A DNA stretch of 63,386 nucleotides, filler included, from Octopus bimaculoides (lineage: Eukaryota): assembly GCF_001194135.2 (NCBI RefSeq). It is 6 parts of 6 records of this genome, joined end to end, with 100 filler letters (N's around TTAATTAATTAA, not from the genome) between each part and the next. Parts side by side here need not be neighbours in the genome. Positions count along the whole stretch, not along the records: positions 1 to 15,455 come from NC_068984.1; 5 more parts are not named here. One strand, 5' to 3'. The notes below the pieces were generated by a model. It was given only the letters and a program-made list of their open reading frames with translations. It had not been told where the DNA came from and did no database searches. Positions within the stretch are counted from its first letter, which is position 1; each line of letters opens with the position of its first letter. A program made the translations under genes and the position numbers. Of the stretch, positions 1 through 14,249 are shown in pieces.

Positions 1-33
<33 letters not shown>

Positions 34-1660
34 ACATACATACGCGCATATACGCATATGTATACACATATATAAACGGAGATATATGCCCAAGCTTGTG
101 TGTATAAATGTATGTATGGTGTTTTGTGTTGTTTTTTTTATACACACATTTCTTTCAACGCAGAAATGTTACACACACACACACACACGAGGCCGCGCGC
201 ACGCAAATATATATGACATATATGCTATATACATCTATGTATATATTCATACGTATATGTATGTATCTATATATTTATGTATATATGTCTATATATATAT
301 TCATGTATATGCCGATATATATATATATATCGCACTCCTCGACACACACAACCACATACACATGCTTATATATGTACATACACACACACACATATATATA
401 TATATACATACATATATANNNNNNNNNNNNNNNNNNNNNNNNNNNNNNNNNNNNNNNNNNNNNNNNNNNNNNNNNNNNNNNNNNNNNNNNNNNNNNNNNN
501 NNNNNNNNNNNNNNNNNNNNNNNNNNNNNNNNNNNNNNNNNNNNNNNNNNNNNNNNNNNNNNNNNNNNNNNNNNNNNNNNNNNNNNNNNNNNNNNNNNNN
601 NNNNNNNNNNNNNNNNNNNNNNNNNNNNNNNNNNNNNNNNNNNNNNNNNNNNNNNNNNNNNNNNNNNNNNNNNNNNNNNNNNNNNNNNNNNNNNNNNNNN
701 NNNNNNNNNNNNNNNNNNNNNNNNNNNNNNNNNNNNNNNNNNNNNNNNNNNNNNNNNNNNNNNNNNNNNNNNNNNNNNNNNNNNNNNNNNNNNNNNNNNN
801 NNNNNNNNNNNNNNNNNNNNNNNNNNNNNNNNNNNNNNNNNNNNNNNNNNNNNNNNNNNNNNNNNNNNNNNNNNNNNNNNNNNNNNNNNNNNNNNNNNNN
901 NNNNNNNNNNNNNNNNNNNNNNNNNNNNNNNNNNNNNNNNNNNNNNNNNNNNNNNNNNNNNNNNNNNNNNNNNNNNNNNNNNNNNNNNNNNNNNNNNNNN
1001 NNNNNNNNNNNNNNNNNNNNNNNNNNNNNNNNNNNNNNNNNNNNNNNNNNNNNNNNNNNNNNNNNNNNNNNNNNNNNNNNNNNNNNNNNNNNNNNNNNNN
1101 NNNNNNNNNNNNNNNNNNNNNNNNNNNNNNNNNNNNNNNNNNNNNNNNNNNNNNNNNNNTATATATATATATATATATATGTATATGTATATGTATGCCT
1201 GTATAATTGTTTGTTTTTCTGTCAATTGGTAATAAAGGCAAATTGACATTAAACCGAAGAATTACTCGATGATTTTGTGGAAAGTATATATTTATTCTTC
1301 TTTCATATAAGGAAGGAGGATGAGAGTGACTTCGAAGTTTCGGTCTGTTAGCCCTCCTCGGATAGAATCGAATGCTAGAAGGCCAAAACTTTGAAATCAC
1401 TGTCATCCTTCTTATCTTATTTTATCTTTTATATTGTTTTTCTTGTGTCAACCATTACACTGTGTGCCATGCTGGTGCATCACACTGAAGAATTTGTAGT
1501 CAAACGAATTGGCCCAGGTACTCTCTCCTCTCAAACCTGGTACTTCTTCTACTGGTCTCTTTTCCAGAAACCCTAGGTTACGCGGAAGTAAACAAACCAA
1601 TATCGGTTGTCAAGCGATGGTAGTGGGGACAAATACAGACACACAAAGACATACATATAC

Positions 1661-1733
<73 letters not shown>

Positions 1734-2250
1734 TGTGTGTGTGTGTGTGTTTATGAAGGGTTGAACAGACAGAAAACAACAAAGAGAAAAGGTTAGACGA
1801 AAGAAGAGCAAACGGGAAACTAGACAAAAATTTAACGGGCGGGGAATATAGACAAAAGCACGACACACATAATATTCGCAGCTGGGTTTTCCTCGTCAAT
1901 TAACGAACTAACATATCATCGTGATTTCGCGCCATTATCATTTAAACCACTCAATCCTAGAGGCGCCAATGCTGTCATGAAGTTACTTGGAAAAAGCTAG
2001 CGAATGTATACTGGGACAGAATCAAACAAGACAATATATAAAAACAACAGACAAGAATTATGCATATATAACAACACGAAGCCTTACGACTATATACAGC
2101 CGAACAATTATAATAATAATTATACAAACACTACAAGTGCAACAGAATGGGCTTTGCAGCTATCAAATGAAGTTAGTGGGGTAACGCAGAGTCAAATGGA
2201 GTAAGTTCTAATGGACGTAGCAAGAGCCCAGACCCGCCCACCGGTCTGAA

Positions 2251-2408
2251 GCTTCTGTCAGTTTCAGTCTACTAAATCCACTCACAAGGCTTTGGTCGGC
2301 CCGAGACTATAGTAGAAGACACTTGCCCAAGGTATCATTCAGCGTGACTGAAGCCAGAACCATGTGGTTTGAAAGCAAGCTTCATACCACACAGTCACTC
2401 CTGCACCT
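2251..2408 (-). mobile_element. SINE family B head
   Basis: Reverse complement of the 22024-22195 sequence (CACTCACAAGGCTTTGGTCGG...AGAAGACACTTGCCCAAGG). Confidence 0.8.
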
Positions 2409-2785
2409 GTTTATTTACATTCCTGTAAATTAGCTGTTCTGTTAAAGAGACTGATAGAATAAACATCAGATTTAAAAGAGTAAGTACTAGAGTGGATTTG
2501 TTGGACTATAACTTTTCAAGGCGGTGCTCCAGCATGGCCGTGTTTCAATGACTGAAAAAAGTAAAATATTAAAAAAGATATATATGAACGTGCTGTGTTG
2601 GAAACATGATAAATATCATAGAGAAACAAAAATGCGTACCAACAGGAGTCACCTAGAGCGTGAGATGCACTTTGGCCTTTTGAGGCCTTTTGAAGGGCGT
2701 CTACTCGAAGCCAGCCACATACTCAGATGAGAATTCGTTGTCTCTGATACTGGAAAAATGAATGAAACAATCGCTGACGTTACAA

Positions 2786-2890
2786 ATAACTGGTACCTTA
2801 TTTATCAACTCCGAAAGGATGAAAGGCAAAGTCGACCTCGGCGGACTTTGAACTCAGAACGTAACAGCAGCCGAAATACCGTTAAGCATT
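2786..2890 (-). mobile_element. SINE family C fragment
   Basis: GAAAGGATGAAAGGCAAAGTCGACCTCGGCGGACTTTGAACTCAGAACGTAAC. Confidence 0.8.
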
Positions 2891-3204
2891 TTTAATATTG
2901 CTTATCGAGAACGTAACGAATACAATATTTCTTTGGTTTTGTTTAATGTGTGAAGAAATACTGAAAAATGCAATGCCTTTTTTCCACAGGGATCCTCAAT
3001 TTTCGTATTCCCAGTAACATCAACAATTTTCGAAACCACTTTCTTTTTGTTTTCTGAGGGTTTCCTTCATTTATTTTCATTGTGACACCGAACTTATAGA
3101 TTTAAAGAATATCTGATTGTTCTCATCGAAGGAACAACCAGCCGATAATTCCGCTTAGCAACAGTTTCCTGATTACAAGTTAAAATTTCTTACAATCCGT
3201 ACCT

Positions 3205-3222
3205 TTAGGGTTAGGGTTAGGG
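3205..3222 (+). repeat. Interstitial (TTAGGG)3
   Basis: Seen directly. Confidence 0.8.
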
Positions 3223-3564
3223 TTTATATATTCGACAAAGTGATTCTCCATATCATAACAATTTTTGCTTGATACATAACGTTATATTTTATGCAGGATT
3301 CTTTTATAAAAAAATAAACTAAACATTCTCAAGAGAAAATCTTTGAGTTTAATTTATTCCACATGACTCTGAGTAAATGGACTCTTTGTTGAATATGTGG
3401 TCGGGGAGGTACATGTGTAAGATCTGAATTCAATAGAAGGAGTTATTGATATTGTGGTTCAATAAAACAACGGCCTTCTTTTGTCGGGAAACTTGTGATG
3501 GTTTTGCTATACTTGTCGCTACTTGTCTCATTCTCTATGTGTGAAATGGAACGTTTATGGTATA

Positions 3565-3657
<93 letters not shown>

Positions 3658-3812
3658 AACGGTGTTTGTCAGCGTATGGATGAATCCCAGAGATGTGTGT
3701 ATGCGTGTATGCGAGAGAGTGCGTTTACGTACATAGATGCGTGTATCAATTAATATATATAGTTGTGTTTGTATGCATGTAAGTATGGGCGTGTGTTGAC
3801 AGACAGACAGAC

Positions 3813-3867
<55 letters not shown>

Positions 3868-4364
3868 GAGAGAGATCTGGATAGTGTTGAGTATCGATGT
3901 GTTACCAATGTAGCACTCAACCTTAACTTCTGGCTAATTCTCTCTGGAGTAAAAATTGAGTGTATACTGGTGCAGAAATTGCCAGTACATTACCGGTAAT
4001 AAAACCGATGTGTGAGTGTGTTAAGAAGTGCAACATTTGTGTGTCTAGAAAGAGAAATATATAGAGGAGCACAGAGAGAGAGAGAGAGGGTGAGGGTGAG
4101 AGAAGATAGAAACAATGGCTATTATGATTGCCTCTAAATACATGGTAAATATTCTGTCAAATAATACTTCTGTGCCTGGCTCTGTATGTACATGTATCGA
4201 TGCATATTTATGTGCGTGCAGAAGTACTTATGCTTGTGTGCATATATATGTATGTGTAATTGTATTTAATGATCTATGAATTATCAATGCGTCTCACAAT
4301 TAGTTTTCCTCATTCAATTTAGATAAATATTTAATTCAAATTTAGGTACAAGTCTAGTAAGTCA

Positions 4365-4515
4365 GTTACCCCAGTGGGCAGCTGGTGCTTATTTCATCGA
4401 CCGCAAAATTATAAAGAGCAAAGTCGATTTCGGGGTGATTTGAACCTCTGATCGTTAGGACAAACGAAATGCCGCTGACCATTTGATCTGGCGTTACTTA
4501 CGATTCTGCCCCCTT
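4365..4515 (-). mobile_element. SINE family C, degenerate
   Basis: GGTGCTTATTTCATCGACC...AAAGTCGATTTCGGGGTGATTTGAACC. Confidence 0.6.
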
Positions 4516-5242
4516 AGACAAATATTGCCCTCAGCCATTTGATCTTATATGCATCTTATCACATTTAATATTATTATTATGATGTTTCCGAAATTATTGT
4601 TCCGTGTTTTCACATTAATTCTTGGCTTTCAACAACGAAAATTTTAAATAATGTTTTGTTTTCATTTTTCTGACTTAACATTAAGAAAAAATCGCTTTAA
4701 AGAATTTGTCAAGCCAAGAAGAGAAAGCATTTTGTAAACAGTAGCTTGAGTAAAATGGAATTTCTTATTAAACTGCCTCTTTGTTTGATGTCTGTCAGTA
4801 TTGTTTACATCAAATACCATTTATCCAGACTAATGCAGTGTGTGTTTGTGTGCGTGTGTGTCTGTGTGTCTGTGTGTGTCTGTGTGTCTATGTTTCCAAG
4901 TAGAGCCGTCACCTTCAAGTGACTTTTACTTGCTACAATGCACTATACTAACAAGTACATTCTTATGTTGTCGGAAAATAACATAGACATCTTTCTGCTT
5001 GCCCCCACCCCTCCACCTAGGATGTGTCAGACGGTAGGAGGAAGCGGACAAGGGGACAGCAACAACACTCGGCCGAAACATATTTCAATCATGAAAACTG
5101 AAATACAGCAACAGAATACAAAACATCTGGCTCAAGAAAAGAACGCACCACAGGATATAATGATCGAACTCAGAAGCTTCTTATTTCAGACCATCTCGTT
5201 CACCGTGGTCTCTCGCGCTTTCATACACACATCAGTGGACGG

Positions 5243-5278
<36 letters not shown>

Positions 5279-5461
5279 NNNNNNNNNNNNNNNNNNNNNN
5301 NNNNNNNNNNNNNNNNNNNNNNNNNNNNNNNNNNNNNNNNNNNNNNNNNNNNNNNNNNNNNNNNNNNNNNNNNNNNNNNNNNNNNNNNNNNNNNNNNNNN
5401 NTATATATACATATGTAAATACATATTTATATATTCATACATATTTAAAAGAGCAGTCTGT

Positions 5462-5763
5462 CTTGGTTACGACGACGAGGATCCCAGCTGATACGATCAA
5501 CGGAACAGGTTGTTCGTGAAATTAACGTTCAAGTGGCTGAGTACTCCACAGACACGCGAACCCTCAACGTAGTTCTGAAAGAGACACAGAGTGTGACAAG
5601 GCTGCCCTTTGAAATACAGGTATTACTCATTTTTGCCAGGTGAGTGGACTGGAGAAACGTGAAATAAAGTGTTTCGCTCAAGGACACAACGCATCGCCGG
5701 GAATTGAACTCATGACCTTACGATCCTGAGCCGAATGCCCTAGCCACTAAGCCACGCGCCTTC
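5462..5763 (-). mobile_element. tRNA-derived SINE, family A
   Basis: The minus-strand head GTGAAGGCGCGTGGCTTAGTGGCTAGGGCATTCGG...GAGTTCAATTCCCGG carries A and B boxes. The body is shared with 33322-33690 and 58195-58337. Confidence 0.85.
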
Positions 5764-7184
5764 ACACACACACATATGTACACACACACACACACACATA
5801 TGTACACACATACGTTTTTATGCCCATGAGTGTGTGTGTGATCGTTTCAATTTGCTGTACCAAATATGTAACGTCTGTTGCCAAAAATAAAATTAATGAA
5901 ATCAGGAAAACAAGATACAATAAAATATCGTCTGGAGTTTCACTAAAACGTTTCCACCGAAAAGCTAATATTGTTTCTTCGAAGTTTCTAGAAATGTTTT
6001 AAAAGAAAACTGATTTAGCTCCCCATTTGTTTCAGAAATATCATCCGAGACAGACAAAAAAAAATTATGAGACAGTGAAATAGAGAAAACAGAGAGAAAG
6101 ACAGAGAGACAGAGACAGGGTAAATGAGAAGGAAAGTTTGTTTAAAAGATTAAAAATAGCAAAAACGGTAATAGAATGCAAAGAGCAAATAAAAGACAAA
6201 ATAAAATTAGAATGTTGGAAATTTATTGAAACAGTAAACTATTTGGTGTGGAGCTCTCTGTCTCTCTCTCTCTCCTTCTCTCTCTCCTTCTCTCTCTCTC
6301 TCTCTCTTTCTCTCTCTTACTTTCTCTCTCTCTCATTCACTTTCTTTCTTTCTCTTTTTCTCTCTGGTGAACTCTAGCGTAAAGAGTCACGTGATTTTCG
6401 TTACGACTACAATACTCTCAGCAAGTTCTGACATGAATGGAATCATACAACATTCGTATCAATATTATCAATGATGAGTGGTGGACTAGAAATCAAAGAT
6501 TAGATAAGGAAAATGGTCAGCGTAAGTTTTGAAATGTCGGGAGCGCTGTAGCGTGGAATTAGGTTCCTGCTCTGTCCATGACCATGTTTCCATTCTCAGT
6601 AAAATACACAGAATGTCTGTTACTTCACTAATAACAACATCGTTATCTTTCCTTTCTTAATCTGTAGTAATAGGTACCGTAGCGTGTTAGTATTCACCCG
6701 GATAGCTGAGTCACTCACACATTACTGATTCAACATTTCTGAGAAGTCGTAAAGGAGACGATTATTTTCTCGTTGAATTCGGCAATAACAGCAAGATGAA
6801 GTACTATCAACCAACCTCCTTGTACTCTTGTTTATTAAACGAAATGCTATAACTGTTGGTAACTGAAGGAGCTCTTAATCGCCGTTTCACTTTCTCATTT
6901 CATCAGAAATTTGACAGAGTGTAAGTGGATACGGAAATATAATTCACTTGTTCAGATGTCGCTGAGTAGAAACGAGAATACGAAGCGTGGTTATCGAGTA
7001 ATAATCTCTTTATTTATCTCTATTTATCTCTGTTTATCTCTATATCGATCAGGGTATTAGCTCAGTGGCTGAATCGATGTATTTACACCTATTTGGCTAC
7101 AACAATAAATTTTCTCCCTGATAAAATGCGGTGAATTACTTTCTTGCGGGTTCGAAGAAGCCTCAGCATGTAGATGTTCCGCAA

Positions 7185-7347
7185 GGCCGCGAGCTGACAG
7201 AATCGTTAGAACACCGGGCGAAATGCTTCGTGGTATTACCTCCGTCCTTACGGTCTAAGTTCAAATTCTGCCGTGGTCTACTTTTAATTTCATTCTTTCG
7301 GGGTCGATAAAACAAGTACCAGTTGACTAGGCTCGATGCAATCGACT
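7185..7347 (+). mobile_element. SINE family C
   Basis: GGCCGCGAGCTGACAGAATCGTTAGAACACCGGGCGAAATGC...GTTCAAATTCTGCCG...GGGTCGATAAAACAAGTACCAGTT. Confidence 0.85.
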
Positions 7348-7544
7348 TTACGACTCCAGGGTAAGAGCATAAAAAGTGCACACTTGTGCCAAAGTCATGC
7401 TGAGCCAGTGTGGCACAGTAGGCTCACCAAACCAGCATGATCTCAAGCTCAAATTCATGGCCTCAACATCAGACTGTTTGATGTAGAGGAACATGCGTAG
7501 GTCTTTGTCCTGCAGTGGACTGAACGCAAGCAATCCAGTGCAAT

Positions 7545-7895
7545 CCAGGCACGTAGCTCTCTCCCTCTCTTTTACTCTTTTACTTGTTTCAGTTCTTTGA
7601 CTGTGGCCATGCTGGAGCACCACCTTTAGTCGAGCAAATCCACCTCAGGACTTATTCTTTGTAAGCCTAGTGCTTATTCTATCGGTCTCTTTTGCCGAAG
7701 CACTAAGTTACGAGGACGTAAACACACCAGCATCGGTTGTTAAGCGATGTTGGGGGGGGGACAAACACAGACACACAAACATACATATAGATACATATAT
7801 ATGACGGGCTTCTTTCAGTTTCCGTCTACCAAATCCACTCACAAGGCATTGGTCGACCCGAGGCTATAGTAGAAGACACTTGCCCAAGCTGCCAC
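7545..7895 (-). mobile_element. SINE family B (tail + CA/TA linker + partial head)
   Basis: Reverse complement of the 62203-62310 head and the 62630-62840 tail. Confidence 0.85.
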
Positions 7896-8248
7896 GCAGC
7901 TTGGGCAAGTTGATGGAAGAATTCCTGGAAATCCTTTTTAGGATTACAAGCTGCTGGCTNNNNNNNNNNNNNNNNNNNNNNNNNNNNNNNNNNNNNNNNN
8001 NNNNNNNNNNNNNNNNNNNNNNNNNNNNNNNNNNNNNNNNNNNNNNNNNNNNNNNNNNNNNNNNNNNNNNNNNNNNNNNNNNNNNNNNNNNNNNNNNNNN
8101 NNNNNNNNNNNNNNNNNNNNNNNNNNNNNNNNNNNNNNNNNNNNNNNNNNNNNNNNNNNNNNNNNNNNNNNNNNNNNNNNNNNNNNNNNNNNNNNNNNNN
8201 NNNNNNNNNNNNNNCTTCCGATCTCTACAACACCTATTAAATCGTCAT

Positions 8249-8386
8249 TTACTCGCTTTCGAAGTAGTCCCTCTCTGAAGCCACACACTTTATTTAGCAT
8301 CATTTCAGTTGATGGAAGAATTCCTGGAAATCCTTTTTAGGATTACAAGCTGCTGGCTCGTTTATTTTTTGGATTTCTTCGACGTT
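8249..8386 (-). pseudogene. C-terminal fragment of a second, different mariner-type transposase
   Basis: Minus-strand translation NVEEIQKINEPAACNPKKDFQEFFHQLK*C*IKCVASERDYFESE* resembles the mariner C-terminus VEEIQ...FQQWK.RW.KCVAS.GDYFEGD. Confidence 0.6.
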
Positions 8387-9221
8387 TTATAATTTCGTTG
8401 GGGTTTTCTACTACGAATACAATCTTGGTTTCGAGGCTTATAGCCACAGACTCAATATTCATCAACTGTTATGACCGTTGCAAAAAGTGTTCGCCTTCCT
8501 CTATACAATCAGGCAGATCCTGGGGCTGTAGCAGACCCAATTTTCGAGACGATCCCACTCTACACACTTTACTCCCAAACAATGTCATAAACAACGGAAG
8601 TGATCGAGAACGTTATAACTTAGGGAGCATGCGCGACAGAGTTGAAGGTCAACTTTGAGCCAAGCGGTTTTACTCTCCATGCTGAAGCTCCGTTACCGTA
8701 ACAACAGTTCTGATAACCGTATATCACATATCCTATATCTCCTTTAATAGCACAGAATTTAATACCATCTATTGACTAGCAAGGACTCTCAATAATACAC
8801 AACAACCACTGACTTAGATACACTGTATGTTTCTTCTAACCATGACCTCTCCTGCGAGAGCATGCAATCTACTGAACTACCAAACTTTATACGCATCCAT
8901 CTAATTGTAATCGCTTGAATCACATTCACACTATTTACTGTCTTCATTGCTTTTGTCTTGTCTGTAAAATTCGGTCCTTTAAGCTTTCTGTCAATCGACA
9001 TGTTTGAAATTGTACCCCCAGCCACTACTTTCATCCCTTTTGTAGTCCTTTATGCTACAATGGCTTCAAGCCTTGTTTCAGACAAAACTGTACAAAAAAA
9101 AAAGCAAAAGAAAGAAAAGAAAACCTTATAACCCTTGAAATATTCTAACTGAAAGTCCACTCTTTCGATCTAATCAGTGTATGAAAGTATGCAACGAATT
9201 CACATATGGAATATACTTCTG

Positions 9222-9237
9222 CTACTACTACTACTAT

Positions 9238-9277
<40 letters not shown>

Positions 9278-9279
9278 GG

Positions 9280-9333
<54 letters not shown>

Positions 9334-9398
9334 TAATAATAATAATAATAATAATAACAATAATAATAATAATAATAATAATGATAAAAATAATAATA

Positions 9399-9429
<31 letters not shown>

Positions 9430-9480
9430 TGATAATAATAACAATAATGATAATAATAATAATAATAATAATGAATAATT
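9222..9480. repeat. Compound (ACT)n/(AAT)n microsatellite
   Basis: Seen directly; it is the source of the poly-T/N/I/L ORFs. Confidence 0.95.
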
Positions 9481-10023
9481 AAAAAGAAAGAGTTATCAAT
9501 GCAGGCGTTTAGGATGACTAATGTAATTCTATGATACGCGTAAAGTATTTATCAGTGATATAGAATAGCTTGCATCACTAAGTTGACAAAAGTGACAAAA
9601 GAACTATTGATTAATTCATATTTCAAATCTATAATTCTATAAAGGTTTAAGGGGGTGATCCATAATTCCCTCGATTCCCATAAAACATACACCCCTAACA
9701 CCGTTGATTAGTTGATATAGCAAAATCACATTATAAAGTGTTATAATATTTCAGCGATAAATGAACTGGTAATGGCAGTGTTAATTGCGCTGCTTTATCA
9801 GATGAAGAGTCACGGTTGGATGGTTTTAGAAAGGCAATGAAATCTTTCTGCTCCATTGATATTGCAGCATATTGAGAAAATAAAGAGAAAGACTCTGTGA
9901 TTCTGCATAAACTACAGTCGTAGTTCGAGCGCGGTCTGAACAAGCGCGTGTATGTTATATAACTGTAGCTGTTGAGGATTTATCAGACACACGTATTCAC
10001 TATCTATCTAATCTTCTGTATCC

Positions 10024-10061
<38 letters not shown>

Positions 10062-10074
10062 GTCTATCTATCCT

Positions 10075-10304
10075 ATTTCTTTATTGCCCACAAGGGGCTA
10101 AACATAGAGGGGATAAACAAGGACAGACAAAGGGTTTAAGTCGATTACATCAACCCCAGTGCGTAACTGGTACTTAATTTATCGACCCCGAAGGGATGAA
10201 AATCAAAGTCGACCTCGGCGGAATTTGAACTCAGAACGTAACGGCAAACGAAATACCGCTACGCATTTCGCCCGGCGTGCTAACGATTCTGCCATCTCGC
10301 CGCC

Positions 10305-10305
<1 letters not shown>
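10075..10305 (-). mobile_element. SINE family C, near full length
   Basis: CCCACAAGGGGCTAAACATAGAGGGG...AAAGTCGACCTCGGCGGAATTTGAACTCAGAACG...GATTCTGCCATCTCGCCGCC. Confidence 0.9.
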
Positions 10306-10359
<54 letters not shown>

Positions 10360-10368
10360 ACTAACTAA

Positions 10369-10414
<46 letters not shown>

Positions 10415-12801
10415 GTCTATCTGTCTATCTATCTGCCTATCTTGCCGCACAGTGTTCGTTTCTCTATAAGAGCTGCTGGACACATTATTTTGGCGTTTAT
10501 TGGAGTAATTTCACCTGACTTAGTAAGGTATATATATGCATGTGCGTACATGCGCGCACGTGTGTGTGTGTGAATGTGTGTATGTGTGAGTGTGTGTGTG
10601 TGTGTGTGTGCGTGCGTGTTCGTACGCGTGTGTGTGTAAATTTAAGTCACAATATATGGATTTAAGTAATCCAGTAGTACTCATAAAAAAGCTCCTTAGT
10701 GCATCATTCCACAAAACGTATAGAATAGGTACTAGGATACAGCCATGTCGGTGATTTATTTTTTATGAAATATAATAGTATAAATTCTTTACATGGTTTT
10801 AAGTTACGAAACAACTTGTCATGATATTAGAATTTTCTTATTATTAAATACAATTTCATCTGACTACTCTACGCAAATATCGAAGAATGAGAATGGGGAC
10901 TCAACGCTGAATTGCTGGATTAATACTCTTTATTTGCGGATTAAAAAGGCTGCCAATACTTTCATGTCAGGAGATCTTTACAACTGGTCAAACGTGTTGC
11001 TGCCATACCATTCGAAATGGAGAAGATTAACAGTACTTCCATGTAGCACACCTGAACAATTGTGAACATCGCCTCACATGAAACCATTAATAGTTATTTT
11101 AACCCACAAATAAATTGCATACATACATACATACATACATACATACATACGTATACGTACATATATATATATATANNNNNNNNNNNNNNNNNNNNNNNNN
11201 NNNNNNNNNNNNNNNNNNNNNNNNNNNNNNNNNNNNNNNNNNNNNNNNNNNNNNNNNNNNNNNNNNNNNNNNNNNNNNNNNNNNNNNNNNNNNNNNNNNN
11301 NNNNNNNNNNNNNNNNNNNNNNNNNNNNNNNNNNNNNNNNNNNNNNNNNNNNNNNNNNNNNNNNNNNNNNNNNNNNNNNNNNNNNNNNNNNNNNNNNNNN
11401 NNNNNNNNNNNNNNNNNNNNNNNNNNNNNNNNNNNNNNNNNNNNNNNNNNNATATATATATATATATATACATATGTATATACATACATAAATGTGTGTG
11501 TTTGTGGCGTTTATGCGTGCATGCGTGTATGTACGTATTCACATGTATGTGTACGTATAAACGTAGCTTTTCGAAGTCGCATTGTAATATAACTAAATAT
11601 CTCAATAGACAGGACGTCTCTGGAGTAGACATTTTTCATACGAATACAATTAATATAAGTTATCACAAATGCGAGTTATTCACCAACTATCTTAAGTCCA
11701 TATGGACTTCATCATAGTATAGCTATGATACCGGGAAATATGAAATGTAAGAAGTTAAGAGAAAAATCACTTATTTAACACTTAACTTTCAATTATAGAT
11801 ATAATAATATGAAATATCATATGCGCCATGCGTCTATATAAAGCTATTTTCCTTATAAAAGATATTTCCTATTGTTTTCAAGGAGACTGACGAAAAATGT
11901 CTCTCTGGAGAGGAATACCGAAGTAGATACCGTTTACAGACATTCCTGATATATTGAATAGTGTATTATCAACTTGAAAACTTAAAAGCTTTTCGGATCA
12001 CCTTTATGACCTAAGACTTAAGTCTCTTGACCGTACTTATAAGATTCTCGTTTGAAATACAATAGGTTTTGGCAGTTTCCCATTAAATATTGTCAACCGA
12101 AAGCGAGATTACCATTAAAACAGATTTGTATGGGTTTAGCAATTGAGATTAATATCTTAATGCATATCAGAATATGGAGACTGCTGGTAGTAATACACAC
12201 TCTGGTAGAGATACTCACGCGCAGCATCTCCCTCTGCCTCTCCGTCGAACACACAAATATATAGCATACCTATATATGAGTATATGTATGTATGTATGTA
12301 TGTATGGGTGTGTGTGTATGAAAATATATATGTATGTATGATGTATATATANNNNNNNNNNNNNNNNNNNNNNNNNNNNNNNNNNNNNNNNNNNNNNNNN
12401 NNNNNNNNNNNNNNNNNNNNNNNNNNNNNNNNNNNNNNNNNNNNNNNNNNNNNNNNNNNNNNNNNNNNNNNNNNNNNNNNNNNNNNNNNNNNNNNNNNNN
12501 NNNNNNNNNNNNNNNNNNNNNNNNNNNNNNNNNNNNNNNNNNNNNNNNNNNNNNNNNNNNNNNNNNNNNNNNNNNNNNNNNNNNNNNNNNNNNNNNNNNN
12601 NNNNNNNNNNNNNNNNNNNNNNNNNNNNNNNNNNNNNNNNNNNNNNNNNNNNNNNNNNNNNNNNNNNNNNNNNNNNNNNNNNNNNNNNNNNNNNNNNNNN
12701 NNNNNNNNNNNNNNNNNNNNNNNNNNNNNNNNNNNNNNNNNNNNNNNNNNNNNNNNNNNNNNNNNNNNNNNNNNNNNNNNNNNNNNNNNNNNNNNNNNNN
12801 N

Positions 12802-12836
<35 letters not shown>

Positions 12837-12959
12837 CGGACTCTCCTGTCGAAGACGACGTATGAAAGTTCAGCTTTTGCCGAACGACCTGCACAAATGA
12901 TTTGTTTATAATGATCAAATATTCGTGCCGCTCATTAGATCAGTCTCTCCATCAAATCG

Positions 12960-13115
12960 ACGTTGTCTGAGCAGAGGCACGGTGTATCACTCATCAGGCG
13001 TTGAAGTGATCGGGGAGCAACGTGAGATGAAGTGTTTTGCTCAAGAACACAACGTACTACCCGGTCTAGGAATTGAACCCATGATCTCGCAATCGTGAGT
13101 GCAACTCCCTGACCA
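12960..13115 (-). mobile_element. tRNA-derived SINE, family A-like
   Basis: GAAGTGTTTTGCTCAAGAACACAAC...GGAATTGAACCC matches the family A head region. Confidence 0.7.
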
Positions 13116-14249
13116 AAAGTTCATATGTCAATATCGAACTGTGAGAATGAGTGCTCAACACATTGGTGGATAAGTATTCCTTATTTGTAGGGCGACCTGA
13201 CTGCCATTCATTTCATGTTGGGAGAGACGTCTTTGACAGTTATTGGAATCTGTAACTTGGGGCGTTGCTGTTCGTCTCTGAGTTACAGACTTGGATAAAT
13301 GTTGCGAGATATCTCACCCAATATGAAACCAATGGTTCCTGGTGGTTAGATGGTGAGAGTAGCGAAGCTGTGAAGGTTGTGATAAATGTGAGAGGAGGCG
13401 TGCAGTTTCTGGGGGGGAGAATGGGAGAAAGAATGAAAAAATGATGTAGCAGATGAGGAAATAAAATAGGCAGAAGTTCAGAGGAAAAGTTACAAAGTCG
13501 ATAACACGTGGAAAAATTAATGATTGGTAAAAGATTTAAAAAATGTAGGTATAATATCCGAAAAAAGGTCGAGCACGAAAGTGTATGTAAAAAGGCAGAG
13601 AGGATAGGAAGAGAATGACTATATAAAAAATATTAAAAAGTACGAGGAGTGAATATTGCAAAAGAGGATAAAAAGCTATGTACAAAAGGGTTCTATAAAA
13701 ACGGTAGAGAGAAAAAAACGTTATTTTACATAAAACTGGTACAGTTGAGAGGGAAAGTCAAAGCCAATAAAAAGAGTGAAAGTAAAAAGGTTGGGCGACA
13801 AAGAAAGCGTAAAATTATTTCAAAAGACACAGAAGAGAATTCTGGATTGAAAATATGCAGATATGCAGCAGGTAGAATTTGCGGCAGGGAAACTGGAGAG
13901 ATAATTGTAAAAATCCATATAACAAGGAATGTTATATAAAAAAAGGATATACATACATACATACATATATACATACACACATATATATGTGTATATATAT
14001 ATATATATATNNNNNNNNNNNNNNNNNNNNNNNNNNNNNNNNNNNNNNNNNNNNNNNNNNNNNNNNNNNNNNNNNNNNNNNNNNNNNNNNNNNNNNNNNN
14101 NNNNNNNNNNNNNNNNNNNNNNNNNNNNNNNNNNNNNNNNNNNNNNNNNNNNNNNNNNNNNNNNNNNNNNNNNNNNNNNNNNNNNNNNTATATATATATA
14201 CATGGAAAAATTGCTATGAAGCATTGTGTAGAATATATTGTGTACAATA

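Noticed and set aside
86-1406. Long ORFs of 300-450 aa here and at 18927-20282, 29509-30157, 33433-34213 and 57061-57873
   Set aside because: They are open only because they cross N-runs and dinucleotide repeats.
8398-9034. ORFs 8398-8658 (+) and 8789-9034 (-)
   Set aside because: No recognisable domain; the region adjoins a decayed mariner fragment.
13150-13330. Possible GIY-YIG remnant (minus strand, QRRLSQHE)
   Set aside because: The similarity is too short and degenerate to support.
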